A program made the translations under genes and the position numbers. This document shows, piece by piece, positions 16,922 through 28,455 of a DNA stretch of 64,000 nt; the first letter of the stretch is position 1, and each line of letters begins with the position of its first letter. The stretch is from Candidatus Omnitrophota bacterium (lineage in GTDB: Bacteria; Omnitrophota; Gorgyraeia; Gygaellales; Profunditerraquicolaceae): the NCBI GenBank assembly GCA_018825985.1, contig JAHKAP010000052.1:6373-70372 (forward strand). Reading direction: 5' to 3'. Under the pieces are notes generated by a model. The model saw only the letters and a list, made by a program, of their open reading frames with translations, had not been told where the DNA came from and ran no database searches.

Positions 16922-18927
16922 AGACATTTAAAAAAGAACTGATTTTAAAAGAGATACCCCTGTTCGTAGGCCTATCCACTAAAGAGCTCATTCTTATTAA
17001 AGAAAGTTCGAGTTTAGTTGAATACCGTAAGGGGCAGGTTATATACAAAGAGGGAACCAATCCTTCGGCGTTTTATTGCATTGTTTTTGGCAGGGTAGTG
17101 ATCTCGGCCTTGGATTTCCAGGGGAAAGAAACAATACTTGAATATCTTCACCGGGGTAAATATTTCGGGATAATTTCTTTGCTTACCGGAGAACCCCATT
17201 CTGTCAGCGCCAAGGCTATTAATGACTGCCTACTTTTAGTTATAAACAAAGAAGAATTTGATTTCCTTCTCAAAAAAATATCCTCTTTGGCCATTGACTT
17301 GAGCCGGACTTTATCCCGCAGGCTAAAGCGCAAAGATATCCATGCTAAGAAGATATTTGAAAGCACGATCATTTCCGTCTTTAGTTCTTATCCCAGGGCA
17401 GGAAAGACTATCTACGCGGCAAACTTAGGCTTCGGCCTGAAAAAAGAAACCCATAAATCGGTAGTTATACTGGATATCTGCCCGAAAATTAAGACCCACA
17501 GCATGCCCAGAAGGTTGGGAATGGAATCCGGGTATAAAGTTTTTGACCTTTCCAACAAAGCTGCGGATATGAACAAAGTAAAAGAATTTATTTTTAAGGA
17601 TAGATTTGATATCGATATCATATTTTTTAATTACCGGCCTAAGGATAAATCTTATGTCAGGATGCTTTTGGGTATTTTAAGTTCATTGGTCAATGATTAC
17701 CATTATATAGTTTTAGACCTTCCTTCTTATATGGATGATTCAATTTTCGGTATTTTAAACCAATCAGACATAATTCACTTATTGACCAGTCCGGATCTGG
17801 CCGACTTAAAGAGAACTCGTAGGCTCATCCAGAAGATGAAAAACTATTTTTTCTTTTCCCCTTCCAAGATAAAAGTCATTATAAATGAATATAAATCAGG
17901 AAGATTAAGCTATCCTGAAGAAATGAAATTACTGGGTAGCAATATTTTTGCTGTCCTGCCCCGCATAGAATACAAGGAACCGGCAAGGTTATTTCTGGAT
18001 AAGCCTGCCTGCGAGTATGCCAAGACTATCCGCAGGATATCCCGCCAGGAAGGTGATTGTATGGTGGGATTAGCTTTGGGGATCGGCGTGGCCTATGGAT
18101 TCTGTCATATCGGAGTATTAAAAGTAATTGAAGAGGAAAAGATCCCCATAGATGTTATTACCGGCTCGAGCATGGGCGCGTTTGTTGCCGGATTATGGGC
18201 CTTGGGTAAATCAAGCGCAGAAATCTTGGATATTGCCCGGGAATTAAAGGCCCCTAGGTGGATATTCGGCATGTTGGATTTTACATTCCCCCGTTTGGGT
18301 TTTATTAAGGGTAACCGGCTTTATAGTTTAATCAAGAAATATTTTCAGGAAAAGACGTTTTATGATTTAAAAATTCCCTTGAAGATTATTGCCAGCGATA
18401 TTAAAATGAAGGAACCTAGGGTATTGGATAAAGGGCTTTTGGCAGATGCGATCATGGCCAGCTGTTCCATGCCCGGGGTATTTAAGCCCTTCCGGATAAA
18501 GGAAGATGCTTTATATGACGGCGGGGTGGTCCATCCTTTGCCGACCGAGCCTTTATTTGAGATGGGGGTGAAAAAGATAATCGCGGTTAATGTTACTCCA
18601 TCGCGCCAGGACATACTTAAACAGTATGAGAAAATAAAGGAAATGGTCATTAACAGCAAGGGTGCGGATAAAAAGCAGTGGTTTAATCTGGGTGAATATT
18701 TTAAAGAGAAGTTTAAGTCCAATATTTTGGATATTATTTTCAGTAGTTTTGAAATATTGCAATCGACAGTGGCGGAACAGGAAGGTAATCTTGCGGATAT
18801 AGTTCTACATCCGGATACTTCGGGGATGCATTGGTTAGAATTGCACAAGGCTGAAGAGTTCGCTAAAAGAGGCGAAGAGGAAACCCGTAGGTGTCTAGAT
18901 AAGGTCTGGGAGGTAATTAATGAATAG
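16918..18927 (+). CDS. Three-domain protein: cyclic-nucleotide-binding (CAP/CNB) domain + degenerate ParA/MinD-like domain + patatin-like phospholipase
   Basis: aa 1-140: CNB fold (GE.SLL.G.P..ATA-like pattern around GKYFGIISLLTGEPHSVSAKAI). aa ~150-380: MinD/ParA-like with degenerate Walker A (SSYPRAGKT) and YHYIVLDLPS. aa ~385-669: patatin motifs GxGxxG (GLALGIG), GxSxG (GSSMGA), catalytic DGG (YDGGVV). ATGA overlap with the beta-glucosidase stop. Confidence 0.75.
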   Translation: MKTFKKELILKEIPLFVGLSTKELILIKESSSLVEYRKGQVIYKEGTNPSAFYCIVFGRVVISALDFQGKETILEYLHRGKYFGIISLLTGEPHSVSAKAINDCLLLVINKEEFDFLLKKISSLAIDLSRTLSRRLKRKDIHAKKIFESTIISVFSSYPRAGKTIYAANLGFGLKKETHKSVVILDICPKIKTHSMPRRLGMESGYKVFDLSNKAADMNKVKEFIFKDRFDIDIIFFNYRPKDKSYVRMLLGILSSLVNDYHYIVLDLPSYMDDSIFGILNQSDIIHLLTSPDLADLKRTRRLIQKMKNYFFFSPSKIKVIINEYKSGRLSYPEEMKLLGSNIFAVLPRIEYKEPARLFLDKPACEYAKTIRRISRQEGDCMVGLALGIGVAYGFCHIGVLKVIEEEKIPIDVITGSSMGAFVAGLWALGKSSAEILDIARELKAPRWIFGMLDFTFPRLGFIKGNRLYSLIKKYFQEKTFYDLKIPLKIIASDIKMKEPRVLDKGLLADAIMASCSMPGVFKPFRIKEDALYDGGVVHPLPTEPLFEMGVKKIIAVNVTPSRQDILKQYEKIKEMVINSKGADKKQWFNLGEYFKEKFKSNILDIIFSSFEILQSTVAEQEGNLADIVLHPDTSGMHWLELHKAEEFAKRGEEETRRCLDKVWEVINE

Positions 18928-18938
18928 GGGAGGGGATT

Positions 18939-19406
18939 ATGATCAAGTTTAAAGTTAAAAGTTTAAAGTCTAAAATCAGTCTAGTAAGCGCTTTGAGCCT
19001 TTTGTTTTTTGCCGGGGGATGTTCTTCTTTAGTAAACTATCCTAAAAGATTCTTGGGGCTTTCGACAGTTGAACTAGAGAGGCAGCGCGCTGAAGCGATC
19101 AGTATGGTTTTTAGCTTGGATTATCCGGTTTGTTACGCTAAAACGCAGGATATATTAAAGGAAATCGGGGTTTATATTTACGCTAAGGATAATAAAAAGC
19201 GGATGATCGCTATTTATTTATCAAGCGAGGATACTACACCAGTGGGTTTGTTTTTTAAAGAGATTGCGGTCGGTAAGACAGAAATAGAAGTTTCCTCCCC
19301 GAGTATTTATGGCAAAGAGATTATTGCCAAAAGGGTCTTTACGATGCTGGAAGGATTGCCTGATCCAATGAAGAAGATCGAAAAAGGCAATGAGCAAAAT
19401 AAATAG
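18939..19406 (+). CDS. Lipoprotein, unknown function
   Basis: Signal peptide with lipobox FFAGGCSS. No recognisable catalytic motif. Confidence 0.45.
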   Translation: MIKFKVKSLKSKISLVSALSLLFFAGGCSSLVNYPKRFLGLSTVELERQRAEAISMVFSLDYPVCYAKTQDILKEIGVYIYAKDNKKRMIAIYLSSEDTTPVGLFFKEIAVGKTEIEVSSPSIYGKEIIAKRVFTMLEGLPDPMKKIEKGNEQNK

Positions 19407-19426
19407 TTTTTTCTGTTCAGAGCAAT

Positions 19427-19816
19427 ATGAAAGATTGTTTTATTGAAAAGAAGATATACTATCACGATACAGATTGCGGCGGAGTGGTCTATTACGCTAA
19501 TTACCTGAAATTCTTTGAGGAGGGCAGGGCTGAGTATTGTCTGGATAAAGGAGTGGCATTAAAGGATTTAGCAAATAGGCATACTTATTTTGTGGTGGCT
19601 CATACTGAAATCAATTATAAGGCTCCGGCCCGCTATCAGGATAAGATTAGTATTTCTACCGGGATTGAAAAGATTGGAAATGCCTCGATAAATTTTATCC
19701 AGAAGATCGCCAGAGATGATATTGTTTTGGTTGAGTCAAAGACTACCTGGGTTTGTGTGGGGAAAGATTTCAAGCCTAAACCTGTGCCTGAAGAGGCTAT
19801 AAGAGCGTTGGTGTAG
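19427..19816 (+). CDS. Hotdog-fold acyl-CoA thioesterase (YbgC/4HBT family)
   Basis: YYHDTDCGGVVYYANYLKFFEEGR is characteristic of YbgC-type thioesterases. Confidence 0.7.
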   Translation: MKDCFIEKKIYYHDTDCGGVVYYANYLKFFEEGRAEYCLDKGVALKDLANRHTYFVVAHTEINYKAPARYQDKISISTGIEKIGNASINFIQKIARDDIVLVESKTTWVCVGKDFKPKPVPEEAIRALV

Positions 19817-19817
19817 C

Positions 19818-21386
19818 GTGGGAAAAATCAGAAAGAGAGATAGCTGGGGGTCGCGCCTAGGTATTATTATGGCTGTGGCAGGTTCCGCTATCGGTCTAGG
19901 TAATTTCTTAAGGTTTCCGGCCAAGGCAGCCTGTTACGGCGGAGGAGCGTTTATGATCCCCTATTTTGTTTCTCTGCTTCTTTTAGGGATCCCGCTGATG
20001 TGGATCGAATGGACATTGGGAAGGTACGGCGGAGGATACGGCCATGGCAGCGCCCCGGGGATATTCCATAGTATCTGGAATAAAAACCGCTTCATCAAAT
20101 ATTTTGGGATTATCGGTATCTTTGGTCCCTTGGTCATATTAATTTATTATACCTATATAGAATCATGGACCTTGGCTTATAGTTTTTACGCCTTGACAGG
20201 TAAATACAGTCAGATAGCCAGCCAGTCTGGTATGCAGAGTTTCTTGCGTGGATTCCAGGGTTTGGAGAATAACCAGTATTTTCATGGTTTAGGGGCGGCC
20301 TACTTCTTTTTCCTCGTTACCTTTATTCTTAATATCACGGTAATTTATTATGGGATAAAAGGCGGCATAGAAAGATTATGTAAATTTGCTATGCCGCTTT
20401 TATTTATCTGCGGGTTGATGCTTTTGGCCAGGGTTGTAACTTTAGGCGCTCCCGATCCGGCTAAACCTGACTGGAACATTTTGAATGGATTCGGTTTTTT
20501 ATGGAACCCTGACTTTTCAGCTTTAAAATCAGCCAGGGTCTGGCTGGAAGCTGCCGGACAGATATTCTTTACTTTAAGCGTTGGTATAGGAGTGATACTT
20601 ACTTATGCCAGTTATTTATCTAAAGGAGATGATGTGGTTCTTTCCGGACTCACCGCGGCTACCACTAATGAAATAGCTGAGGTTATAATAGGCGGAAGCA
20701 TTATAATACCTGCGGCTTTTGTTTTTTTCGGTCCTGCAGATATACGGGCTATTGCTCAATCCGGGGTGTTTAATTTAGGGTTCGTGACCACTCCTTTAGT
20801 TTTAAATAAGTTACCTCTGCCCCAGATAATGGGTTTTATTTGGTTCTCGCTTTTGTTTTTGGCTGGGGTAACTTCTTCGGTTTCCCTGGCTCAGCCGGCG
20901 GTAGCTTTTTTAGAGGACGAGTTTAATTTAAATCGCAAAAAAGCGGTTTTTATATTTGCCGCGGCCACATTTATACTTTGCCAGCCGGCAATATTTTTCT
21001 TGGGTAAAGGCGTAGTTAACGAATTGGATTTCTGGGGCGGGACATTCTTTCTGGTTTTATTCGCGGCTATCGAGATCATACTTTTTGTCTGGGTTTTTGG
21101 GATGGAGAAGGCCTGGGACGAAATACATAAAGGCGCGGATATGTCTATCCCCAGGGTTTATAAATTTATAATCAAGTATATCACCCCTTTATTTATTTTC
21201 TTTATCTTGGGGATGTGGTTTTGGCAGGAGTGGCTGCCGGTGATTTTGATGAAAGGGGTATCGATTCAGGAGCGTCCCTTTATTTTGTGGACCAGGATTT
21301 GCCTGTTGGTGATATTTCTGATTCTGGCTCTAATGGTCAAATCCGCGTGGAGAAAAAGAAAGATGCAATTGGAGATGATTAAATGA
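19818..21386 (+). CDS. Neurotransmitter:sodium symporter (NSS/SNF) family transporter
   Basis: NSS N-terminal signature (WGSRLGIIMAVAGSAIGLGNFLRFP), ~11-12 TM helices. GTG start. Confidence 0.8.
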   Translation: MGKIRKRDSWGSRLGIIMAVAGSAIGLGNFLRFPAKAACYGGGAFMIPYFVSLLLLGIPLMWIEWTLGRYGGGYGHGSAPGIFHSIWNKNRFIKYFGIIGIFGPLVILIYYTYIESWTLAYSFYALTGKYSQIASQSGMQSFLRGFQGLENNQYFHGLGAAYFFFLVTFILNITVIYYGIKGGIERLCKFAMPLLFICGLMLLARVVTLGAPDPAKPDWNILNGFGFLWNPDFSALKSARVWLEAAGQIFFTLSVGIGVILTYASYLSKGDDVVLSGLTAATTNEIAEVIIGGSIIIPAAFVFFGPADIRAIAQSGVFNLGFVTTPLVLNKLPLPQIMGFIWFSLLFLAGVTSSVSLAQPAVAFLEDEFNLNRKKAVFIFAAATFILCQPAIFFLGKGVVNELDFWGGTFFLVLFAAIEIILFVWVFGMEKAWDEIHKGADMSIPRVYKFIIKYITPLFIFFILGMWFWQEWLPVILMKGVSIQERPFILWTRICLLVIFLILALMVKSAWRKRKMQLEMIK

Positions 21387-21483
21387 ATATTAAAGGATGG
21401 CTGTTTTTGATTTTATCTTGGGGATTGATATTAGGAATAGCTGTTTTTTGCTTTGGCAAAGTAATTTCAAAAAAGGAGTTGAA

Positions 21484-21873
21484 ATGAGAAATAATTCCAT
21501 CGTTTGTGTTTTGGCAATACTCTGTTTGGTTAGTTTCGGATGTGCCCCTATTCTTATTGGGGCGGCAGTCGGGGCCGGAGCGGTAGGCGGTTATGCGGTA
21601 AGTAAGGATACTATTCAGACCGATCTGGATAAGCCTTACGAGAATATCTGGAATAGCGCCTTATCAGTAAGTAAAAATTACGGCAATATTAAGTATGAGA
21701 ATATCGCTCAGGGTTATCTTGAACTAGAGCAGGGTCCGACGCATGTCTGGATCAGATTAAGTCGGATGACCAGGGCAACTACCCGGATAAGGGTCTCGGT
21801 TCGCAAATACCATTTACCGAATATGGCTTTAGCCCAGGAGATATTCGCCAAGGTCGTCCAGGAGGCCAGGTAA
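21484..21873 (+). CDS. Small lipoprotein, unknown function
   Basis: AAGGAG RBS before ATG 21484. Lipobox SFGCAP. The track ORF starts upstream at 21397. Confidence 0.45.
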   Translation: MRNNSIVCVLAILCLVSFGCAPILIGAAVGAGAVGGYAVSKDTIQTDLDKPYENIWNSALSVSKNYGNIKYENIAQGYLELEQGPTHVWIRLSRMTRATTRIRVSVRKYHLPNMALAQEIFAKVVQEAR

Positions 21874-21950
21874 AATTTTTTCCTGTATGAAAAACCTTGC
21901 AAAAAATAAATAATCCGTTAAAATTATCCTGGTCGCTTTAAAAGATTCCT

Positions 21951-22526
21951 ATGGATATATTAAAACTTAAACCAGTTAACCTAAATTACGAGATCTTGTG
22001 TTTTCTTGAGGAGAGGCAGCTGATCCGCAGCTTAAGGCCTACCTTAAAGATATTACAAAATCACTCTGCCGGCGGGATGGTGGATACTATTTATACTTCC
22101 GCTTCCGAATTCGGATCGCATAAGCTTATTTGCATTGGTTTAAGCGCCGATTCCACCCGGATAGAGCTTAATTCTCATCCGGATAACGAGGAATTCATTA
22201 TCATTAATAATACCTTCACTAAATTCAAGCCTCTATATATGGCTATAGGTTTGCATAAACATAATATCCTGGAGGAGAAAGCTAAAAACAGAGTATTAAC
22301 ATCCGATGATATTATGCTCTTAAGGTTAAAATATAATAATGCCAAGACCAGCATTTTTACCATGCTTAAGGATACTCCCCACTGCGAATTAACCACTAAA
22401 GAAGAAGGCACCCATCCGGTTTTTTTCGTGTCTGAGCCCAGCAATTTAACTATGAATTACCTTAAGCTTGAAGGTTACGAACTCAGGCCTGATCACTCCA
22501 ACGATCACCTCCACTGCAAAAAATAG
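21951..22526 (+). CDS. Hypothetical protein (possible cupin-like fold)
   Basis: ORF with acceptable codon usage. No confident motif. Confidence 0.3.
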   Translation: MDILKLKPVNLNYEILCFLEERQLIRSLRPTLKILQNHSAGGMVDTIYTSASEFGSHKLICIGLSADSTRIELNSHPDNEEFIIINNTFTKFKPLYMAIGLHKHNILEEKAKNRVLTSDDIMLLRLKYNNAKTSIFTMLKDTPHCELTTKEEGTHPVFFVSEPSNLTMNYLKLEGYELRPDHSNDHLHCKK

Positions 22527-22584
22527 AATAGAAAAGGGATTTCTCGTTAGTTGATTGGCGAGACGTCCCCTAAGTTTTTGAGAT

Positions 22585-22621
22585 GGGGACACCCTTAGCT
22601 TTAGCTGGGGAGGGTGTCCCC
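22585..22621. repeat. Palindromic hairpin repeat GGGGACACCCT-loop-AGGGTGTCCCC (copy 1 of 3)
   Basis: 11-bp arms. The loop TAGCTTTAGCTG is the reverse complement of the loop of the copy at 46051. Confidence 0.6.
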
Positions 22622-22655
22622 TGCTTTGACTGCCTAAAAATTAGGCATAAAGATA

Positions 22656-22684
22656 TTGACAAAAAACGCATTTATATTATTATA
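22656..22684 (+). promoter_or_regulatory. Sigma70-like promoter (TTGACA-16-TATTAT) for the nfnA/sudB-like operon, followed by a GACGTC hairpin leader
   Basis: TTGACA then a 16-nt spacer then TATTAT. Downstream GAGACGTCC.../GGGCGTCT hairpin with U-rich tail (22699-22737). Confidence 0.4.
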
Positions 22685-22774
22685 AGAGGGCAGACAGAGA
22701 CGTCCGGAACATTTATGGGGCGTCTTTTCCTGTTTTAGGATAGGTATAGTAAAGGTAAAATTAGGGGTATTGAA

Positions 22775-23584
22775 ATGTTCAAAATACTGGAGAAATATTC
22801 TTTAGCGCCGCAAATACATTATTGCTTAGTTGAGGCGCCATTAATTGCCAGGAAAGCTAAAGCGGGGCAGTTTGTGATTGTCCGTGTCCGTGAACAAGGC
22901 GAGCGTATCCCTCTGACTATTGCTGATTTTGACCGCGATAAGGGTACGATTATTTTAGTTTTTCAGTCTTTGGGCAAGACTACTTGTTTGTTCTCCCAGA
23001 TGAAAGCCGGGGATAATCTATTAGATTTGCTTGGGCCCCAGGGTAATCCTACGGAAATTGAAAATTATGGCCATACGGTGGTTATCGGAGGCGGGATCGG
23101 TATTGCTCCGGTGTATCCATTAGCCAGAAGCTTAAAAGAGGCAGGGAACAAAGTCAGTTCAATTATTGGTTTCCGGGGGAAAGAGTATGTATTCTGGGAA
23201 GATAAGATGCGCTCAGTATCAAATGATCTTTTGATAGCTACTAATGACGGCTCTTATGGTAAAAAAGGTTTTGTTACTGATGTGCTTAAAGAATTAATGA
23301 ATAGCGATGAAAAAATAGATAGGGTATTTGCAATCGGTCCGGCAATTATGATGAAAGCAGTTAGCGATATGACTAAAGTCAGCAATATTCCTACAATCGT
23401 TAGTTTAAACTCTTCGATGGTATGCGGTATGGGGATGTGCGGTGCCTGCAGGGTTAGCGTCGGAGGCAAGACCAAGTTTACCTGTATGGATGGCCCGGAT
23501 TTTGACGGCCATCAGGTTGATTTTGAAGAACTGATGAAAAGGCTGGATACCTATAAACAGGAAGAGATATCTTGTAAAGGTTAA
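22775..23584 (+). CDS. NfnA/SudB-type FAD/[2Fe-2S] oxidoreductase subunit
   Basis: PyrK-like fold with FAD/NAD region and C-terminal cluster of 4 Cys (CGMGMCGACRV). Confidence 0.7.
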   Translation: MFKILEKYSLAPQIHYCLVEAPLIARKAKAGQFVIVRVREQGERIPLTIADFDRDKGTIILVFQSLGKTTCLFSQMKAGDNLLDLLGPQGNPTEIENYGHTVVIGGGIGIAPVYPLARSLKEAGNKVSSIIGFRGKEYVFWEDKMRSVSNDLLIATNDGSYGKKGFVTDVLKELMNSDEKIDRVFAIGPAIMMKAVSDMTKVSNIPTIVSLNSSMVCGMGMCGACRVSVGGKTKFTCMDGPDFDGHQVDFEELMKRLDTYKQEEISCKG

Positions 23585-24979
<1,395 letters not shown>

Positions 24980-25152
24980 AGCGTTAGCCAGTAGTGATAG
25001 CTTGCGCCGCAAAAGTCTTTGCGGCACCAAGCAAAAAATATACGCCAGCCGGCATTTTTTGCTTGACAAAACATTTTGGGCATTTTAAGATAAGCGAGTA
25101 AAAAGACAGGGCCTTTTTTAGAATTTAGCAAGGGCGCGTAAGTTTTAATGAC

Positions 25153-26585
<1,433 letters not shown>

Positions 26586-26607
26586 TAAAGAATAAGCCGT
26601 TACACTA

Positions 26608-26647
26608 AGCGCCCCTCCTGTAATTTAAGAAGGGGCGCTTTTTTTTC
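26608..26647 (+). terminator. Rho-independent terminator of gdhA
   Basis: AGCGCCCCT / AGGGGCGCT 9-bp stem followed by T8. Confidence 0.7.
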
Positions 26648-26800
26648 TTGACAAATAAAAATTAAGTGCTATATTTATAATAGAAGTACAAAGGTGTAAA
26701 AGAACGCAGGCGTTCGCTCTAAAGGCGAACGTTTTTTTATTTGTAAGGGACTAAAGGCGGTCCAATACCCAATAAAGGGTAAGGGCCGCCTTTTTATTTT
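26648..26800 (+). promoter_or_regulatory. Promoter (TTGACA-16-TATATT) plus leader with mutually exclusive hairpins and two terminator-like structures ahead of the sigma-factor gene
   Basis: GAACG-CAGG-CGUUC hairpin (26702-26715) overlaps terminator CGUUCGC-UCUAAAG-GCGAACG-U7 (26711-26738). Second hairpin GGCGGUCC/GGGCCGCC-U-run (26756-26800) abuts the SD. Confidence 0.45.
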
Positions 26801-26812
26801 AGGAGCGAAGAT

Positions 26813-27328
26813 ATGGAATTTAATGATTTATCAGCTAAATTATCCTCTAAATTGAAGGCTATAGCTTATAGGCTTAATCATCAGTTCACTTTTTTTAACG
26901 AAGAAGACCTATATCAGGAAGCCCTGATTCGTTTATGGGAAGATTCCCGGACCGGGCGCTTAGATGATAAAACAGACAGTTATATCTTACAAGGGTGTTA
27001 TTTTCATCTAAAAAATTATATCCGCAAGAACAGGGTAAAGACAAAGTTGGTGAGTATTGAGGAGAATGTCGGACAGGGGGAAAATAGTTTTGAGGACTTA
27101 TTTTTAAAAGATGAGAAATCGCCTGATCTGCGGGACCGTTTGAACGACTTATTCTTGGCAGAGACGATCCTTAATAACGGGTTTACGTTAAGAGAAAAAC
27201 AGGTCCTCAGGGGATACGCCGAAGGCCTGACTACCCGCCAGATCGGGGAGAAACTGGGGGTTTCGCATGTCAGCGTAGTCAAGATGACTGATAGGATTAG
27301 AAAAAAAAGCCGGAGATATATCGATTAA
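26813..27328 (+). CDS. Sigma-70 family (ECF-like) RNA polymerase sigma factor
   Basis: Region 2-like EDLYQEALIRLWE. Region 4 HTH LTTRQIGEKLGVSHVSVVKM. 171 aa. Confidence 0.65.
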   Translation: MEFNDLSAKLSSKLKAIAYRLNHQFTFFNEEDLYQEALIRLWEDSRTGRLDDKTDSYILQGCYFHLKNYIRKNRVKTKLVSIEENVGQGENSFEDLFLKDEKSPDLRDRLNDLFLAETILNNGFTLREKQVLRGYAEGLTTRQIGEKLGVSHVSVVKMTDRIRKKSRRYID

Positions 27329-27397
27329 ATCCTGACCCCATTTCCCTGATTAGAACCGTCCCTGTTTAAAAAATTGGTTACCAGAGACGGCATATTT

Positions 27398-27473
27398 TTA
27401 CTTGTAATAATGTAGCAGACACGTAGATGTGTAAAAAACAGAGGCGTTCTAGAAATTAAAGAACGCTTTTTTT
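27398..27473 (+). promoter_or_regulatory. TTACTTGTAA palindromic motif plus GCGUUCU/AGAACGC-U7 terminator hairpin (paralog of the 26648 and 32399 leaders)
   Basis: Motif at 27398-27407. Hairpin 27444-27466 followed by T7. Confidence 0.4.
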
Positions 27474-27536
27474 ATTACCGTAATGGGTAAGCCAGCAATC
27501 ATATAAGCTGGGAGATATTACGAGTTTTAAAGACCG

Positions 27537-27582
27537 AGACGTCTTTTAAAATCCAAATAAGGATAAAAGACGTCTTTTTTTT
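27537..27582 (+). promoter_or_regulatory. GACGTC-palindrome terminator hairpin in the porin-amt leader
   Basis: AGACGUCUUUU / AAAAGACGUCU 11-bp stem with a 17-nt loop, followed by U8. Further small hairpins at 27583-27621 before the GGAGG RBS. Confidence 0.45.
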
Positions 27583-27646
27583 CGCCAAAAATCTTGGCGA
27601 ATCCGCCACGTATTGTGGCGGAATTTCTGAACCTAAAGGAGGAAGA

Positions 27647-28435
27647 ATGAAACGGATTATGGCAATAATAGTTTTAACGGTAGTCCTTAATTTTGGCCAT
27701 GTTGGTTTCGCCCAGGAATCAAAGACTGTTTTGGGCGATTTAGGTCTTGAATTTTCCGGAGACCTGGCGTTTAATTCAATTTATATGTGGAGGGGTATTA
27801 TGCTTGATGGCGATCCGGTTGTCCAGCCCGGATTTTACGTTAAATCGCCAGAATCAAAATATGGCCGGGTTAAATTAGGCTGGTGGATGAGCCATGATTT
27901 AGAAAATAAGGACGCATTGAAGTATAGCGAGACTGATTGGATAATAGATTATACTTACAATTTTCCCAGCGTAGGCCTATCTTTTGGGCATACCTATTAT
28001 GATTTTCCCGATGCCCTGCCTACTGACGGCGCGCCTAAGGGTTTCAGCCGGGAATTATACACAGGAATAGCATTTACTAAATTGTTTTTGACTCCTTCGG
28101 TATACTATTATTATGATTATGGTAAGAAAGAAGATGGCGGCGGCGAAGGAAGCTATACGGTATTGAATTTGGCTTATAGTGTTCCGTTTAAAGTCAAGGA
28201 TATTGGTATGAGCCTTGATCTCTTTGGGCATGTTGGCCATAATAATAAACAATATTATAGAGGTAAGGGTGGTGACGCTGCTGTTAGCGCGGGGATAACC
28301 ATACCATTAGCTAAAAATTTATCCTGTAAGCCGAATATTAATTATTCGGCTCCCTGGGGCAATATCAGTGATAAGGGCAATGGCAACCAGAAGAACAGGT
28401 TCTACAGCGGTGTATATTTGAATTATGTATTTTAA
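27647..28435 (+). CDS. Outer-membrane beta-barrel porin (amt-associated, TorF-like)
   Basis: Signal peptide. Alternating amphipathic beta-strand pattern rich in Tyr/Gly. C-terminal aromatic residue (YVF). Located immediately upstream of amt. Confidence 0.55.
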   Translation: MKRIMAIIVLTVVLNFGHVGFAQESKTVLGDLGLEFSGDLAFNSIYMWRGIMLDGDPVVQPGFYVKSPESKYGRVKLGWWMSHDLENKDALKYSETDWIIDYTYNFPSVGLSFGHTYYDFPDALPTDGAPKGFSRELYTGIAFTKLFLTPSVYYYYDYGKKEDGGGEGSYTVLNLAYSVPFKVKDIGMSLDLFGHVGHNNKQYYRGKGGDAAVSAGITIPLAKNLSCKPNINYSAPWGNISDKGNGNQKNRFYSGVYLNYVF

Positions 28436-28455
28436 AAAATCAAAGGAGGTAACAA

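Noticed and set aside
16918-18927. Calling the cNMP-binding/patatin protein a CBASS or Pycsar defence effector
   Set aside because: No cyclase (CD-NTase or PycC), no other defence genes and no mobile-element context nearby. It is translationally coupled to a metabolic beta-glucosidase, so a housekeeping or signalling role is at least as likely.
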